Origin: Gammaproteobacteria bacterium
GTDB taxonomy: Bacteria > Pseudomonadota > Gammaproteobacteria > Xanthomonadales > SZUA-5
DNA: 64,000 bases
Reading direction: 5' to 3'
NCBI GenBank assembly: GCA_030430155.1
Contig: JAUIFV010000001.1
Coordinates: 8,254-72,253 of the forward strand
Shown: in pieces, positions 55,368 to 64,000 of the stretch
Layout: each line of letters begins with the position of its first letter
How positions within the stretch are numbered: position 1 is the stretch's first letter
Notes under the pieces: model-generated
Database searches by the model: none
Told to the model about the DNA's origin: nothing
What the model saw: only the letters and a program-made list of their open reading frames with translations
Position numbers and translations under genes: made by a program

Positions 55368-58300
55368 TCAGGGATCCTCAAAGCCATCTTCAAACACTCC
55401 ATCCCCAGCCACCGTATCGGTATCGGTAGCGCTGTTGTTGGCAGCGTTGGGATCGTTGGCGTAGCCGACCGTGGCGGTGTTGCTGACTGAGCCGGTGGCT
55501 CCGGCGGCGATGGTGCAGGTAGCGGTGTAGGTGAGGGTGCCGTTATTGCCGGCGACGCTGTCGGCGCTGCTGGCGATGTTGCCGCTGCCCGAAGCTGCCT
55601 CACAGGTGCCGCCGGTGCTGGCGGCGCAGACCCAGGTGCAGCCGGTCAGGTCGGCGCCGAAGGTGTCGGTGACGGCGACGCCGCTGACCGCCACCGCGGC
55701 CGGATTGGTGATCACGATGGCGTAGGTCTGTGAGCTGCCGGGCAATACACTGCCGGTGCCGTTGCTCTTGGTAATCGCCAGATCGGCCTGGGCGACGATG
55801 CTGCTGCTGTCGCTGGCGCTGTTGTTGGCGGCATTGGGATCGTTGCCAAAGCTGATCGTGGCGGTATTGCTCAGCGTGCCGGTTGCCGCCGCGCCCAGTG
55901 TGCAGGTGGCGCTGAAGGTCAGCGTGCCGCCGCTGCCGGCGATGCTGTTGGCGGTGGTGGCGATGTCGCCGTTGCCGCTGGCGCTTTGGCAGCTGCCGCC
56001 AGTGCTGGCCGCGCAGGTCCAGGTGCAGGCGCTCAACGCCGCCGGGAAGCTGTCGGCCACGCCGACCGCGCTGACCGCCGCGGCGGCCGGATTGGTCACC
56101 ACGATGGTGTAGCTGACCGCGCTGCCGGCGTTGACGGTGGCCGCGTTGTCGGTCTTGCTGATCGCCAAATCGGCCTGGGCGACGACGGTATTGGTGTCGG
56201 TGGCCGAATCATTGCCCGGATTGGGATCGCCACTGTAGCTGACCGTGGCGGTGTTGCTGACGCTGCCGGTGGCGCTGGCCGCCAGGGTGCAGGTGGCGCT
56301 GAAGGTCAAGGTACCGCCGCTACCGGCGACGGTGTTGCTGGTGGTGGCGATATTGCCGCTGCCGCTGGCGTTCTGGCAGCTGCCGCCCGCGCTGGCGCTG
56401 CAGGTCCAGCTGCAGCCAGTGAGGCTGGCCGGGAAGCTGTCGTTGACCGCCACATCGGTCAGGGTCAGTGCCGACGGATTGCTCACCACGATCGCATAGG
56501 TGGTACTGGCGCCGGCATTGAGCACGCTCACCCCGTCGGTTTTGCTGATGGACAGATCGGCGCCCGGCGGCAGGATGGTGCTGGTGTCGGTGGCCGAGTT
56601 GTTGGCGCCGTTGGGGTCGTTGCCGTAGCTGACTGTGGCGGTGTTGCTCAAGGTGCCGGTGGCGCCCGCCGACAGGGTGCAGGTGGCGACAAAGGTCAGC
56701 GTGCCGCTATTGCCGGCGATGCTGTTGCTGGTGGTGGCGATGTTGCCGCTGCCCGCCGCGCTCTGACAGCTGCCGCCGGCGCTGGCGGCGCAGGTCCAGG
56801 TGCAGGCGCTCAAGCTGCCGGGGAAGGTGTCGGCCACGCCCACATTGCTCACCGCCACCGCGGCCGGATTGGTGGCAATGATGGTGTAGGTCACCGGACT
56901 GCCGGCGGTGACGCTGACCGTGCCGTCGGTCTTGCTGATGGCCAGGTCGGCCTGGGCGATGATGCTGTCGGTGTCGGTGGCCGAGTTGTTGCCGGCCGCC
57001 GGATCGTTGGCGTAGCTGACCGTCGCCGTGTTGACCAGACTGCCGGTGGCAGAAGCGCTTAGCGTGCAAGTCGCGGTGAAGGTCAGCGTGCCGCTATTGC
57101 CGGCGATGCTGTTGCTGGTGGTGGCGATGTTGCCGCTGCCCGCCGCGCTCTGACAGCTGCCGCCGGCGCTGGCCGCACAGGTCCAGGTGCAGGCGCTCAA
57201 GCTGCCGGGGAAAGTGTCGCTGACCCCGACATTGTTGACCGCCACGCTGGCCGGATTGGTGGCGACGATGCTGTAGGTGACCTGGCTACCGGCGTTGATG
57301 GTGCTCACGCCATCGCTCTTGGTGATGGCCAGATCGGCCTGGGGAGCAATGCCGTCGGTATCGGTAGCCGAGTTATTGCCGGCCATCGGATCATTGGCAT
57401 AGCTGACCGTGGCGGTGTTGACCAGTGACCCGGTGGCGCTGGCCGACAGAGTGCAGGTGGCGATGAAGGTCAGCGAGCCGCCACTGCCGATGCTATTGCT
57501 GCTGGTGGCGATGTTGCCGCTGCCGCTGGCGCTCTGACAGCTGCTACCGCCGCCGCTCGCCGCGCACGTCCACGTGCAGGCGCTCAATGATCCGGCGAAG
57601 GTGTCGGCGACGCCAACATTGCTCACCGCAACCGAGGCCGGGTTGATGGCGGCAATAGTGTAGGTGACCGGATCACCGGCATTGACGGTGCTGGTGCCGT
57701 TGCTCTTGCTGATCGCCAGATCGGCTTGGGGAATAATCGTGTCGGTATCGGTGGCCGAGTTGTTGCCGGCGACGGGATCGTTGGCGTAGCTGACCGTGGC
57801 GGTGTTGGCCAAGCTGCCGCTAGCGGTGGTGCTCAGCGTGCAGCTGGCGGTAAAGGTCAACGTGCCGTTGTTGGCGGCGATGCTGTTAGTGGTGGTTGCG
57901 ATGTTGCCGCTGCCGCTGGCGCTCTGGCAGCTGCCGCCGGCGCTGGCCGCGCAGGTCCAGGTGCAGGCGCTCAACGAACCGGGGAAGGTGTCGGCGACGC
58001 CCACGTTGCTGACTGCCACGGTCGCCGGATTGGTGACCATAATGCTGTAAACGACCGGTGAACCGGCGTTGATGGTGGTCACGCCGTCGGTCTTGGTGAT
58101 GGACAGATTGGCCTGCGGCACGATGCTGTTGGTGTCGGTGGCCGAGTTGTTGCCGGCTACCGGATCGTTGGCATAGCTCACCGTCGCCGTGTTGGCCACA
58201 TTCCCGGTGGCGCTGGCCGATAGGGTGCAGGTGGCGGTGAAAGTCAACGTACCGCCGCTGCCGGCGACGCTGTTGGTGGTGGTGGCGATGTTGCCGCTGC

Positions 58301-61199
58301 CGCTGGCGCTCTGACAGCTGCCGCCGCTGCTGGCGGCGCAGGTCCAGGTGCAGGCACTCAAGCTGCCGGGGAAGCTGTCGGCGACGCCGACGTTGCTCAC
58401 CGCCACCGCGGCCGGATTGGTCACCACGATGCTGTAGGTGATCGGGCTGCCGGCGTTGCTGCTGCTCGCGCCGTCGCTCTTGCTGATGGACAGATCGGCC
58501 TGGGCGACGATGCTGTTGCTGTCGCTGGCGCTGTCGTTGTTGATGTTGGGATCGTTGGCGTAGCTGACCGTGGCGGTGTTGACCAGGGTGCCGCTGGCAG
58601 TGGCGCTCAGGGTGCAGGTGGCGCTGAAGCTCAGCGTGCCGCCGCTGCCGGCCACCGTATTGGCGGTGGTGGCGATGTTGCCGCTGCCGCTGGCGCTTTC
58701 ACAGGCGCCGCCGGCGCTGGCGCTGCAGGTCCAGGTGCAGCCGCTCAAGCTGCCGGGGAAGCTGTCGGCGACGGTCACCGACGACACGGTGTTCGCCGAG
58801 GGGTTGGTCACCACGATGCTATAGGTGGTGTTGGCGCCGGCGTTGATGCTGCTGATGCCGTCGCTCTTGGTGATCGACAGATCCGCGGTCGGACCCAACC
58901 CGTCGGTGTCGGTGGAACTGTTGTTGGCGGCCACCGGGTCGTTGCTGTAGCTCACCGTGGCGGTGTTGACCACGCTGCCAGTGGCGCTGCTTAGCACTGT
59001 GCAGGTGGCGCTGTAGGTGAGCGTGCCGGAGGCGGCGATCACCGCGGTGTCACTGATACTGCCGGCGCCAAAGCTGCTGCCGCAGGAGCCGTTGCCGCTG
59101 GCGCTGCAGGTCCAGGTGCAGCCGGTCAGCTCAGCCGGGAAAGCGTCGCTGACCAGCACGCCACTGAGCGCGTTGGCGCTGGGGTTGGTCACGGTGATGG
59201 TGTAGGTAGTGCTGGCGCCCGCGCTCAGGCCCATCACCCCGTTGCTCTTGCTGATGGAAAGGTCGGCGCTGGGCGCGGTGCAGGCGCCCGAGGAATTGCC
59301 CGGACAGGGATCGCAGGCGTCGCCCAGAGTGTCACCGTCATTGTTCTGCTGGCCAAAGTTGGCCACTGCGGGGCAGTTGTCGATGTCGTCGCAGATGCCG
59401 TCCAGATCGGTGTCGCCGCTGCTTTCGGTGCCCTGACAGACGCAGGCGCGGCCGACGGTGGTGGCCCAGCGGCCGTCTTCGCCGCCAAACGCCGTGCCGC
59501 GGCTCTGCGCGTACTGGTTGTAGATCCAGAAGCACTGATCGACCGGGTCGGTGGCCAGCCCGCTGTAGTCGCCCCAACGGTTCGTCCCGCCGAAGGTGCG
59601 GATGTAGAAGTCGGTGCCGGCGCGCAGGGTCTGCGAGGCGGATACGCTACCTGCCGCGTCGGTGGCGCGGCGGCTGACCGCGTAGGCCCCGGGGAAGATG
59701 CTCGAGGCCGAGGCCGAGAAGCCGATCACCGCGGCGCCGCGGGTGTTCACCGATACCGCCGGGAAGAAGGTGTAGGCGCCGGCAACGATGTCTTCGCCGC
59801 CGATATTGCCCTGCTCGCCCAGGGTCAGGCTGGCCGGATTGGTGGTGTTGACGCGCACATAGCGGGCGCTGGCCTGACCGCTGTCGGTGCCGCTGTTGGG
59901 AACGGTAGTGAAGGTGGTCCAAAGGTCGTTGCCCTGCCAAACCGCGTCCAGCGCGCGCGGGTCGTTGGTCAGCACGCCGGTGGCGGTGCCGGACTGCGGC
60001 GCATCCGGGCTGGCCGGGTTGTTGGAGAAGTTGCCAAGATTGACCAAGCTGCGGGTGAAGGTTGGCGTGCCGTTAGGATCGTCAACGCGTACGACTTGCA
60101 GGAACTCGTTGCCACCTCCGGAGATGCCGCTGAACGATGTCATCCAAGTGCCGGTGCTGCCCGTCGGCGGTGCGCCGATGATGCGGGCCGGTTGAGTTGT
60201 AGTGTCCGTCGTAACCGTCGGGTAGGGATCGAAGCGATTGGCCACCGCGGCGCCGCCGTCATAGAAGCCGCCGGTGCCCAAGCCCTTGGGAACGATGTAG
60301 AGACGTACGCCCTGAAACACGCCCGGGAAGGAAAACATGTTGCCGGTGATGTAGATCACCTCTTCGTCATAGGCAAAGCCCGGATAGTCCAGCCAGCTGA
60401 CCGTGCCGCCGATGGTCTCCAGCGAGGTGATCCGGGTGCGGGTCCAGTTGCCGGTGGGGTCGCTGGTCTCCGAGACCGCCAGGAAGATGTAGGACTGCTG
60501 CGGCGAATTGATCCGCTCCAGGGTCACCAGCACCCAGCGCTCGGCCAGGGCGTCATAGATCACTTTGGGGTCGAAGGTTCCGCTGGCTGGCGGAGTAGCG
60601 AAACCGGCCGGCGAGAAGAAGTTGCGAAGCGACACCGCGCTGCCCTGCTGCACGCCCGACTTGTTGTAGATGCGAATGCTGGTGTTGGCGACCACCACAA
60701 TGTGGTTGGGGCCGACGGCGGCGTGGCTGTCCGGTGGGATATGGAAGAAGCCGCTGGCCGCGGCGTCGTTGTCGAAGGTGATGGCGTCGAAGATCGGAGC
60801 GATGCTGCCGACGATCTTGGGGTCATCGTGGTTCGGCGCTGCACCTGCGGACCCGGCCGGAGCGACCAGGGTTGGATCGTAGGGCACCGAGCGCTTGCCT
60901 TGCTTCGACTTGGGTGCGGGCACCTGAAAGGAATCGATGCGCACATCGGGCGAATCGTCGCGATACTGGGCCGCCGGATCACGAGTAACGCTGGGCACGC
61001 CGCGACCGCCGAACATCGGCTTGCCGTCGTTGTCCAAAGGCCGCAGCACGCTGGACGGCGGCTGCCCGCTGGGCGCTTCCAGCGGCGCTTGAGTCTGATC
61101 AATGGTGGTCGATGTCGGGCCAAGGGCGCAGGCGGACAATATCAATGCGCCAGTCACCACCAGCGCGGCATTGCGAAAAGCACTCATCCTGGACCCCAT
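55368..61199 (-). CDS. giant surface lipoprotein: ~640-aa N-terminal domain, thrombospondin-type-3-like Ca-binding motif, ten tandem DUF11-like repeats
   Basis: Lipobox ALILSAC. DTDLDGICDDIDNCP...NNDGDTLGDACDPC. Ten units begin A(D/N)L(S/A)I(S/T)K(S/T)(D/N)G and contain CTWTC..(G)GSC. Start is 61199 or the Met at 61187. Confidence 0.85.
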   Translation of the reverse strand: MGSRMSAFRNAALVVTGALILSACALGPTSTTIDQTQAPLEAPSGQPPSSVLRPLDNDGKPMFGGRGVPSVTRDPAAQYRDDSPDVRIDSFQVPAPKSKQGKRSVPYDPTLVAPAGSAGAAPNHDDPKIVGSIAPIFDAITFDNDAAASGFFHIPPDSHAAVGPNHIVVVANTSIRIYNKSGVQQGSAVSLRNFFSPAGFATPPASGTFDPKVIYDALAERWVLVTLERINSPQQSYIFLAVSETSDPTGNWTRTRITSLETIGGTVSWLDYPGFAYDEEVIYITGNMFSFPGVFQGVRLYIVPKGLGTGGFYDGGAAVANRFDPYPTVTTDTTTQPARIIGAPPTGSTGTWMTSFSGISGGGNEFLQVVRVDDPNGTPTFTRSLVNLGNFSNNPASPDAPQSGTATGVLTNDPRALDAVWQGNDLWTTFTTVPNSGTDSGQASARYVRVNTTNPASLTLGEQGNIGGEDIVAGAYTFFPAVSVNTRGAAVIGFSASASSIFPGAYAVSRRATDAAGSVSASQTLRAGTDFYIRTFGGTNRWGDYSGLATDPVDQCFWIYNQYAQSRGTAFGGEDGRWATTVGRACVCQGTESSGDTDLDGICDDIDNCPAVANFGQQNNDGDTLGDACDPCPGNSSGACTAPSADLSISKSNGVMGLSAGASTTYTITVTNPSANALSGVLVSDAFPAELTGCTWTCSASGNGSCGSSFGAGSISDTAVIAASGTLTYSATCTVLSSATGSVVNTATVSYSNDPVAANNSSTDTDGLGPTADLSITKSDGISSINAGANTTYSIVVTNPSANTVSSVTVADSFPGSLSGCTWTCSASAGGACESASGSGNIATTANTVAGSGGTLSFSATCTLSATASGTLVNTATVSYANDPNINNDSASDSNSIVAQADLSISKSDGASSSNAGSPITYSIVVTNPAAVAVSNVGVADSFPGSLSACTWTCAASSGGSCQSASGSGNIATTTNSVAGSGGTLTFTATCTLSASATGNVANTATVSYANDPVAGNNSATDTNSIVPQANLSITKTDGVTTINAGSPVVYSIMVTNPATVAVSNVGVADTFPGSLSACTWTCAASAGGSCQSASGSGNIATTTNSIAANNGTLTFTASCTLSTTASGSLANTATVSYANDPVAGNNSATDTDTIIPQADLAISKSNGTSTVNAGDPVTYTIAAINPASVAVSNVGVADTFAGSLSACTWTCAASGGGSSCQSASGSGNIATSSNSIGSGGSLTFIATCTLSASATGSLVNTATVSYANDPMAGNNSATDTDGIAPQADLAITKSDGVSTINAGSQVTYSIVATNPASVAVNNVGVSDTFPGSLSACTWTCAASAGGSCQSAAGSGNIATTSNSIAGNSGTLTFTATCTLSASATGSLVNTATVSYANDPAAGNNSATDTDSIIAQADLAISKTDGTVSVTAGSPVTYTIIATNPAAVAVSNVGVADTFPGSLSACTWTCAASAGGSCQSAAGSGNIATTSNSIAGNSGTLTFVATCTLSAGATGTLSNTATVSYGNDPNGANNSATDTSTILPPGADLSISKTDGVSVLNAGASTTYAIVVSNPSALTLTDVAVNDSFPASLTGCSWTCSASAGGSCQNASGSGNIATTSNTVAGSGGTLTFSATCTLAASATGSVSNTATVSYSGDPNPGNDSATDTNTVVAQADLAISKTDNAATVNAGSAVSYTIVVTNPAAAAVSAVGVADSFPAALSACTWTCAASTGGSCQSASGNGDIATTANSIAGSGGTLTFSATCTLGAAATGTLSNTATISFGNDPNAANNSASDSSSIVAQADLAITKSNGTGSVLPGSSQTYAIVITNPAAVAVSGVAVTDTFGADLTGCTWVCAASTGGTCEAASGSGNIASSADSVAGNNGTLTYTATCTIAAGATGSVSNTATVGYANDPNAANNSATDTDTVAGDGVFEDGFEDP
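55407..59267 (-). repeat. intragenic tandem repeat, 10 units of ~381-390 nt
   Basis: Counted from the translated protein. Units 6 and 7 share 93 identical nt (56693-56785 and 57080-57172, offset 387). Confidence 0.85.
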
Positions 61200-61348
61200 T
61201 CATCGACGACTTAGCACCCAGCCATGATGACCCCCACTGGCGAGCGGGGCAATCCAGATAGGCCGGTGAATGTTGGAGATTCAATGAAACTGCCCGGCGT
61301 GAATTCGGGCCGGATCCGGCTGTTGGCGCTGAGCGATGCAGCGCCGAT

Positions 61349-61467
61349 GGCGGGCACGCTGGGCTTTGCCCACCCTACGTGCTCAGGCTCCAGGGACTAC
61401 TTTCCCAGGCACCGCGCAGCTCAGGCGCTGCCGCGAACCGCTCTTCCTGGGCCCTGAGCCCTGGGCC
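61349..61467. repeat. REP-like unit plus heptad right end after the YfcC gene
   Basis: GGCGGGCACGCTGGGCTTTGCCCACCCTACG (61349-61379) and GCTCTTCCTGGGCCCTGAGCCCTGGGCCC (61440-61467). Confidence 0.8.
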
Positions 61468-61475
61468 CTAAAGAA

Positions 61476-62936
61476 TCAGCTAAAACCCATCCAAACCGCC
61501 CCCACCACAAACACGCTGGCCAGCCCCAGCAGCCAAACCATCCAGCGCAGCATGAAACGGGCCCAGGTTACCCAGTCAACGCCGGCGGCGCCGAGCACGC
61601 CCATCAGGATGGCCGAGGTGGGCACCAGCAGGTTGGTCAGTCCGTCGCCGAGCTGGAAGGCCAGCACCGCCACCTGGCGGCTGACTCCGAGCAGATCGCC
61701 CAGCGGGGCCATGATCGGCATGGTCAGCGCGGCTTGACCCGAACCCGAGGGGACCAGGAAGTTGATTCCCGATTGCACCAGCAGCATGAACCAGGCCGCC
61801 ACGCTGGCCGGCAGACCTTCCAGGGCATGGGCAATGCTGTAGAGCAGGGTATTCATCACTGACGGCACGCTGGGATCGGTGCCGCCCAACAGCAGGATCA
61901 GCGCCTTGGCCGCGGCGACGATCAGCACCACCGGCAGCAGCTGCGCGGCGCCGTCGCGGAAGGCCTCGGTGAGCGCATTGGCGGTCATCCCGGCGCGCCG
62001 CGACAGCCAGGCGATGATGCCGGTGACCAGGCCCATGGTGAAGAACTGTGCGGCCAGCTCGGGAATGTAGTAGCCGTGCATGGACACCCCCCAGCCGACC
62101 CAGGCGATGGTGCCTATCAGAGTCAACAGGATGGCGTAGTCAAAGCCGGTAGCCGGCTCGTCGGCGGTGACCTCGGTGCCGCTGCTGAGCGGCGCGGCGC
62201 GCATCTGCGCCAGCGCGTAGCGCAGGCTCAAGGTCGCACCGATGGTGGTGAACAGCGCCCACATGGCGATGCGCAGCTCCATCCCGGACAGCGGCGGCAA
62301 GCCGGACACACCCTGCGCCACGATCACGCTGAAGGGATTCATCCAGCTGGTTGCAAAGCCGATTTGGGTGGCGACGAAGGTGACCAATATGGCGGTAATA
62401 CCGTCTAGCCCCAGACGGCGGAAGATCGGGGTCAGCAGCAGGACGAAGGGGATGGTCTCCTCGGACATGCCGAAGATCGCGCCGCCCAAGGAAAACAGCA
62501 CGAACAGCCCGGGAATCAAGACGATCGCGCGGCGCTGATAGCGCAGCACGAAGGCGGTCAGCGTGCGATCGATGGCGCCGGAGCGCATCAGCACGCCGAA
62601 GGCGCCACCGAGGATCAGCAGAAAGGCCGCCAAACCGACCGTGGAGCCGAACTTATCGCCGGAAACCAGACCCTCGAAAGGCAGGTTGAGAATGCCCAGA
62701 TTGCCACCCGGCGCGAACAACGGCACCGCCTGAGCCTCACCGCTGTACTCGAAGCTCTCCAGCGCTATCGACACCTGGCGGCTGCCTTCGACGGTGCTGA
62801 CCTGAGCGAACTTGCCCGGGGTGATGAAGGCCACCGCAATTGCCATCAGCACCGCCAGGGCGGAGATGATCAACAGCGTGTCGGGAACCGAGCGGGAGGG
62901 CGATGGATCTGGCGTGGCGATCTCGCTGGACTGCAT
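61476..62936 (-). CDS. YfcC-family (C4-dicarboxylate anaerobic carrier-like) transporter
   Basis: 486 aa, multi-TM. The N-terminal pattern resembles YfcC. Adjacent to an AstE/AspA-family gene, as is common. Confidence 0.7.
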   Translation of the reverse strand: MQSSEIATPDPSPSRSVPDTLLIISALAVLMAIAVAFITPGKFAQVSTVEGSRQVSIALESFEYSGEAQAVPLFAPGGNLGILNLPFEGLVSGDKFGSTVGLAAFLLILGGAFGVLMRSGAIDRTLTAFVLRYQRRAIVLIPGLFVLFSLGGAIFGMSEETIPFVLLLTPIFRRLGLDGITAILVTFVATQIGFATSWMNPFSVIVAQGVSGLPPLSGMELRIAMWALFTTIGATLSLRYALAQMRAAPLSSGTEVTADEPATGFDYAILLTLIGTIAWVGWGVSMHGYYIPELAAQFFTMGLVTGIIAWLSRRAGMTANALTEAFRDGAAQLLPVVLIVAAAKALILLLGGTDPSVPSVMNTLLYSIAHALEGLPASVAAWFMLLVQSGINFLVPSGSGQAALTMPIMAPLGDLLGVSRQVAVLAFQLGDGLTNLLVPTSAILMGVLGAAGVDWVTWARFMLRWMVWLLGLASVFVVGAVWMGFS

Positions 62937-62956
62937 GCGTATCCTCCTGGTGCGGT

Positions 62957-64000
62957 TTATGCCGACAGCAAATTACCGCTGCGCAGCGCCTCGGTGCCAG
63001 CGATCTTACAGACCGACATGCCGGCGTGAACCACCCGGCTGGTTTCGCGCGCATAAAGCAGCCCGTCGTTGCCGGCCAGTAGCTCCACCGCGGCACCGTC
63101 CAGCGGATCGACCACCTCAGCCACGCACTGCCCCTTGCGCACCTTCTGCCCAAGCAGCGGGCGATGCACCAAAATCCCGCCGACGGTGGCCTTCACCGGC
63201 AGCGACCCCGACAGCGGCAGCGCCTCGGCGAGCAGTTTGGGCAGCATCGGCTGCGCCCCCTCGATGTAGCCCTGGTCGATCAGATAGTCGATCAGCGCCT
63301 GGGCATCGGCGCTGGCCAGCTCATGGCTGACGTCGGTTTCCCCGCGCAGCTCGACGGTCACCGCCACGCAGGCATCCGGCCACGGGCCGTCGCTCTGGGT
63401 GTGCTGCTGCCACAGCCGGTTGAGACGACCCCACACCATCGAGCAGGCTTCATCGTAGGGCTCACCGCCCGATTCGGTGGCCAGCAGGTTGACCTTGCTG
63501 CGCAGCAGCTGGGCCAGCGGCGCGACCTTCGGCCACAGCGGGTCGGCGCTGTACAGATGGACAATGGCTTCGCTGTCGCAATGCAAATCAAGCACCACAT
63601 CGGCATCGATGGACAGACCCAGCAGCGTCTTGCGCAGCGCCGCCAACTCGGTTTCCGCCGGCAGCTCGGCACAGGCCGCGGTCAGCGCTGCGCGCACCTG
63701 GGCGACAGATGGGATTTGTCCTGCTTCGACGATGGGCTTGAGGCCAGTCCAGGCGGCGGCGCTCAGATCGGCATAGTGACGGTTGAAGTTCTCGCCGCTG
63801 GATAGCTCGAAGCGACCCAAGCCACGACCAAGCAGACGCTGTCCCAGGCCAATGGGATTGGCCATCGGTACCAGTACCACTTCGGCCGCGAGCCGACCCT
63901 GGTTCTCCAGCTCGGCCAGCCGCTGACGCAGGTGGTAGGCCACCAGCAGACCCGGCGGTTCGTCGGCGTGCAGCGCGGCCTGGATGTAGACCTTGCGGCC
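62957..64000 (-). CDS. succinylglutamate desuccinylase/aspartoacylase (M14-like) family protein, N-terminus beyond window
   Basis: The ORF continues past Met 63943 to the window edge. Upstream in-frame codons read ...YIQAALHADEPPGLLVAYHL, with the HADE zinc-binding motif. Confidence 0.75.
   Translation of the reverse strand, partial: GRKVYIQAALHADEPPGLLVAYHLRQRLAELENQGRLAAEVVLVPMANPIGLGQRLLGRGLGRFELSSGENFNRHYADLSAAAWTGLKPIVEAGQIPSVAQVRAALTAACAELPAETELAALRKTLLGLSIDADVVLDLHCDSEAIVHLYSADPLWPKVAPLAQLLRSKVNLLATESGGEPYDEACSMVWGRLNRLWQQHTQSDGPWPDACVAVTVELRGETDVSHELASADAQALIDYLIDQGYIEGAQPMLPKLLAEALPLSGSLPVKATVGGILVHRPLLGQKVRKGQCVAEVVDPLDGAAVELLAGNDGLLYARETSRVVHAGMSVCKIAGTEALRSGNLLSA

Noticed and set aside
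55531-59205. Series of 62-118-aa plus-strand ORFs with near-identical sequences (MAVL..LPLAV...)
   Set aside because: They are antisense images of the ten DUF11-like repeat units of the giant minus-strand gene.
1-64000. tRNA, rRNA, tmRNA, RNase P and SRP RNA genes; integrases and prophage modules
   Set aside because: I scanned all intergenic gaps longer than 60 nt by eye and found no cloverleaf-like or otherwise recognisable conserved RNA cores. No recombinase-like ORFs were found. A covariance-model scan would be needed to be certain.

Overview
High-GC proteobacterial chromosomal window: hand-counted 100-nt samples give about 68% G+C in ordinary genes. It is densely coding, with about 46 protein genes. 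I saw no rRNA, tRNA, CRISPR array, integrase or prophage.

Recognisable content, in order:
- a truncated ParD antitoxin
- the 4-gene ligase-associated DNA-damage cassette (MBL exonuclease, ATP-dependent ligase, Lhr-like DEXH helicase, PdeM)
- a PLD-family lipoprotein and a histidine phosphatase
- TetR plus a tripartite RND efflux operon (MFP, RND, NodT-type OMF)
- a histidine kinase / dual-REC response regulator operon, and a NYN-domain protein
- uppP and a DHH phosphoesterase
- cysD-cysNC, preceded in frame by a degenerate IS630-like ORF
- a MoxR-like AAA+ ATPase divergent from a translationally coupled trypsin-like protease / FHA membrane protein pair
- an S9 peptidase
- a 4-gene envelope operon (cupredoxin-like lipoprotein, sensor-like membrane protein, DUF3034-like barrel, exported truncated hemoglobin)
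- a TonB-dependent receptor plus AraC regulator
- an orphan FtsX/MacB-type permease
- DUF2306-like, LytS and LytTR genes
- a second RND pump
- a 1943-aa lipoprotein with ten tandem ~129-aa DUF11-like repeats
- a YfcC transporter and an AstE/AspA-family enzyme

The most unusual signal is non-coding. It is a family of nested palindromic intergenic elements whose termini are tandem heptads, (GGGCCCA)n or (GGGCTGA)n followed by GAAGAGC. They often enclose REP-like GGGCACGCTGCGCTTTGCCCACCCTACG units. There are about 17 loci, nearly all abutting or overlapping stop codons.

One locus (48.8-50.4 kb) is a hotspot. It holds a tandem duplication that includes a gene 3' end, and a lower-GC ORF bracketed by direct copies of an element end.

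Other leads are a C-tract-rich structured-RNA candidate upstream of cysD, phased C-tracts upstream of the second RND pump, and a frameshifted SEC-C mini-gene. All coordinates of small motifs were indexed by hand and may be off by 1-2 nt.
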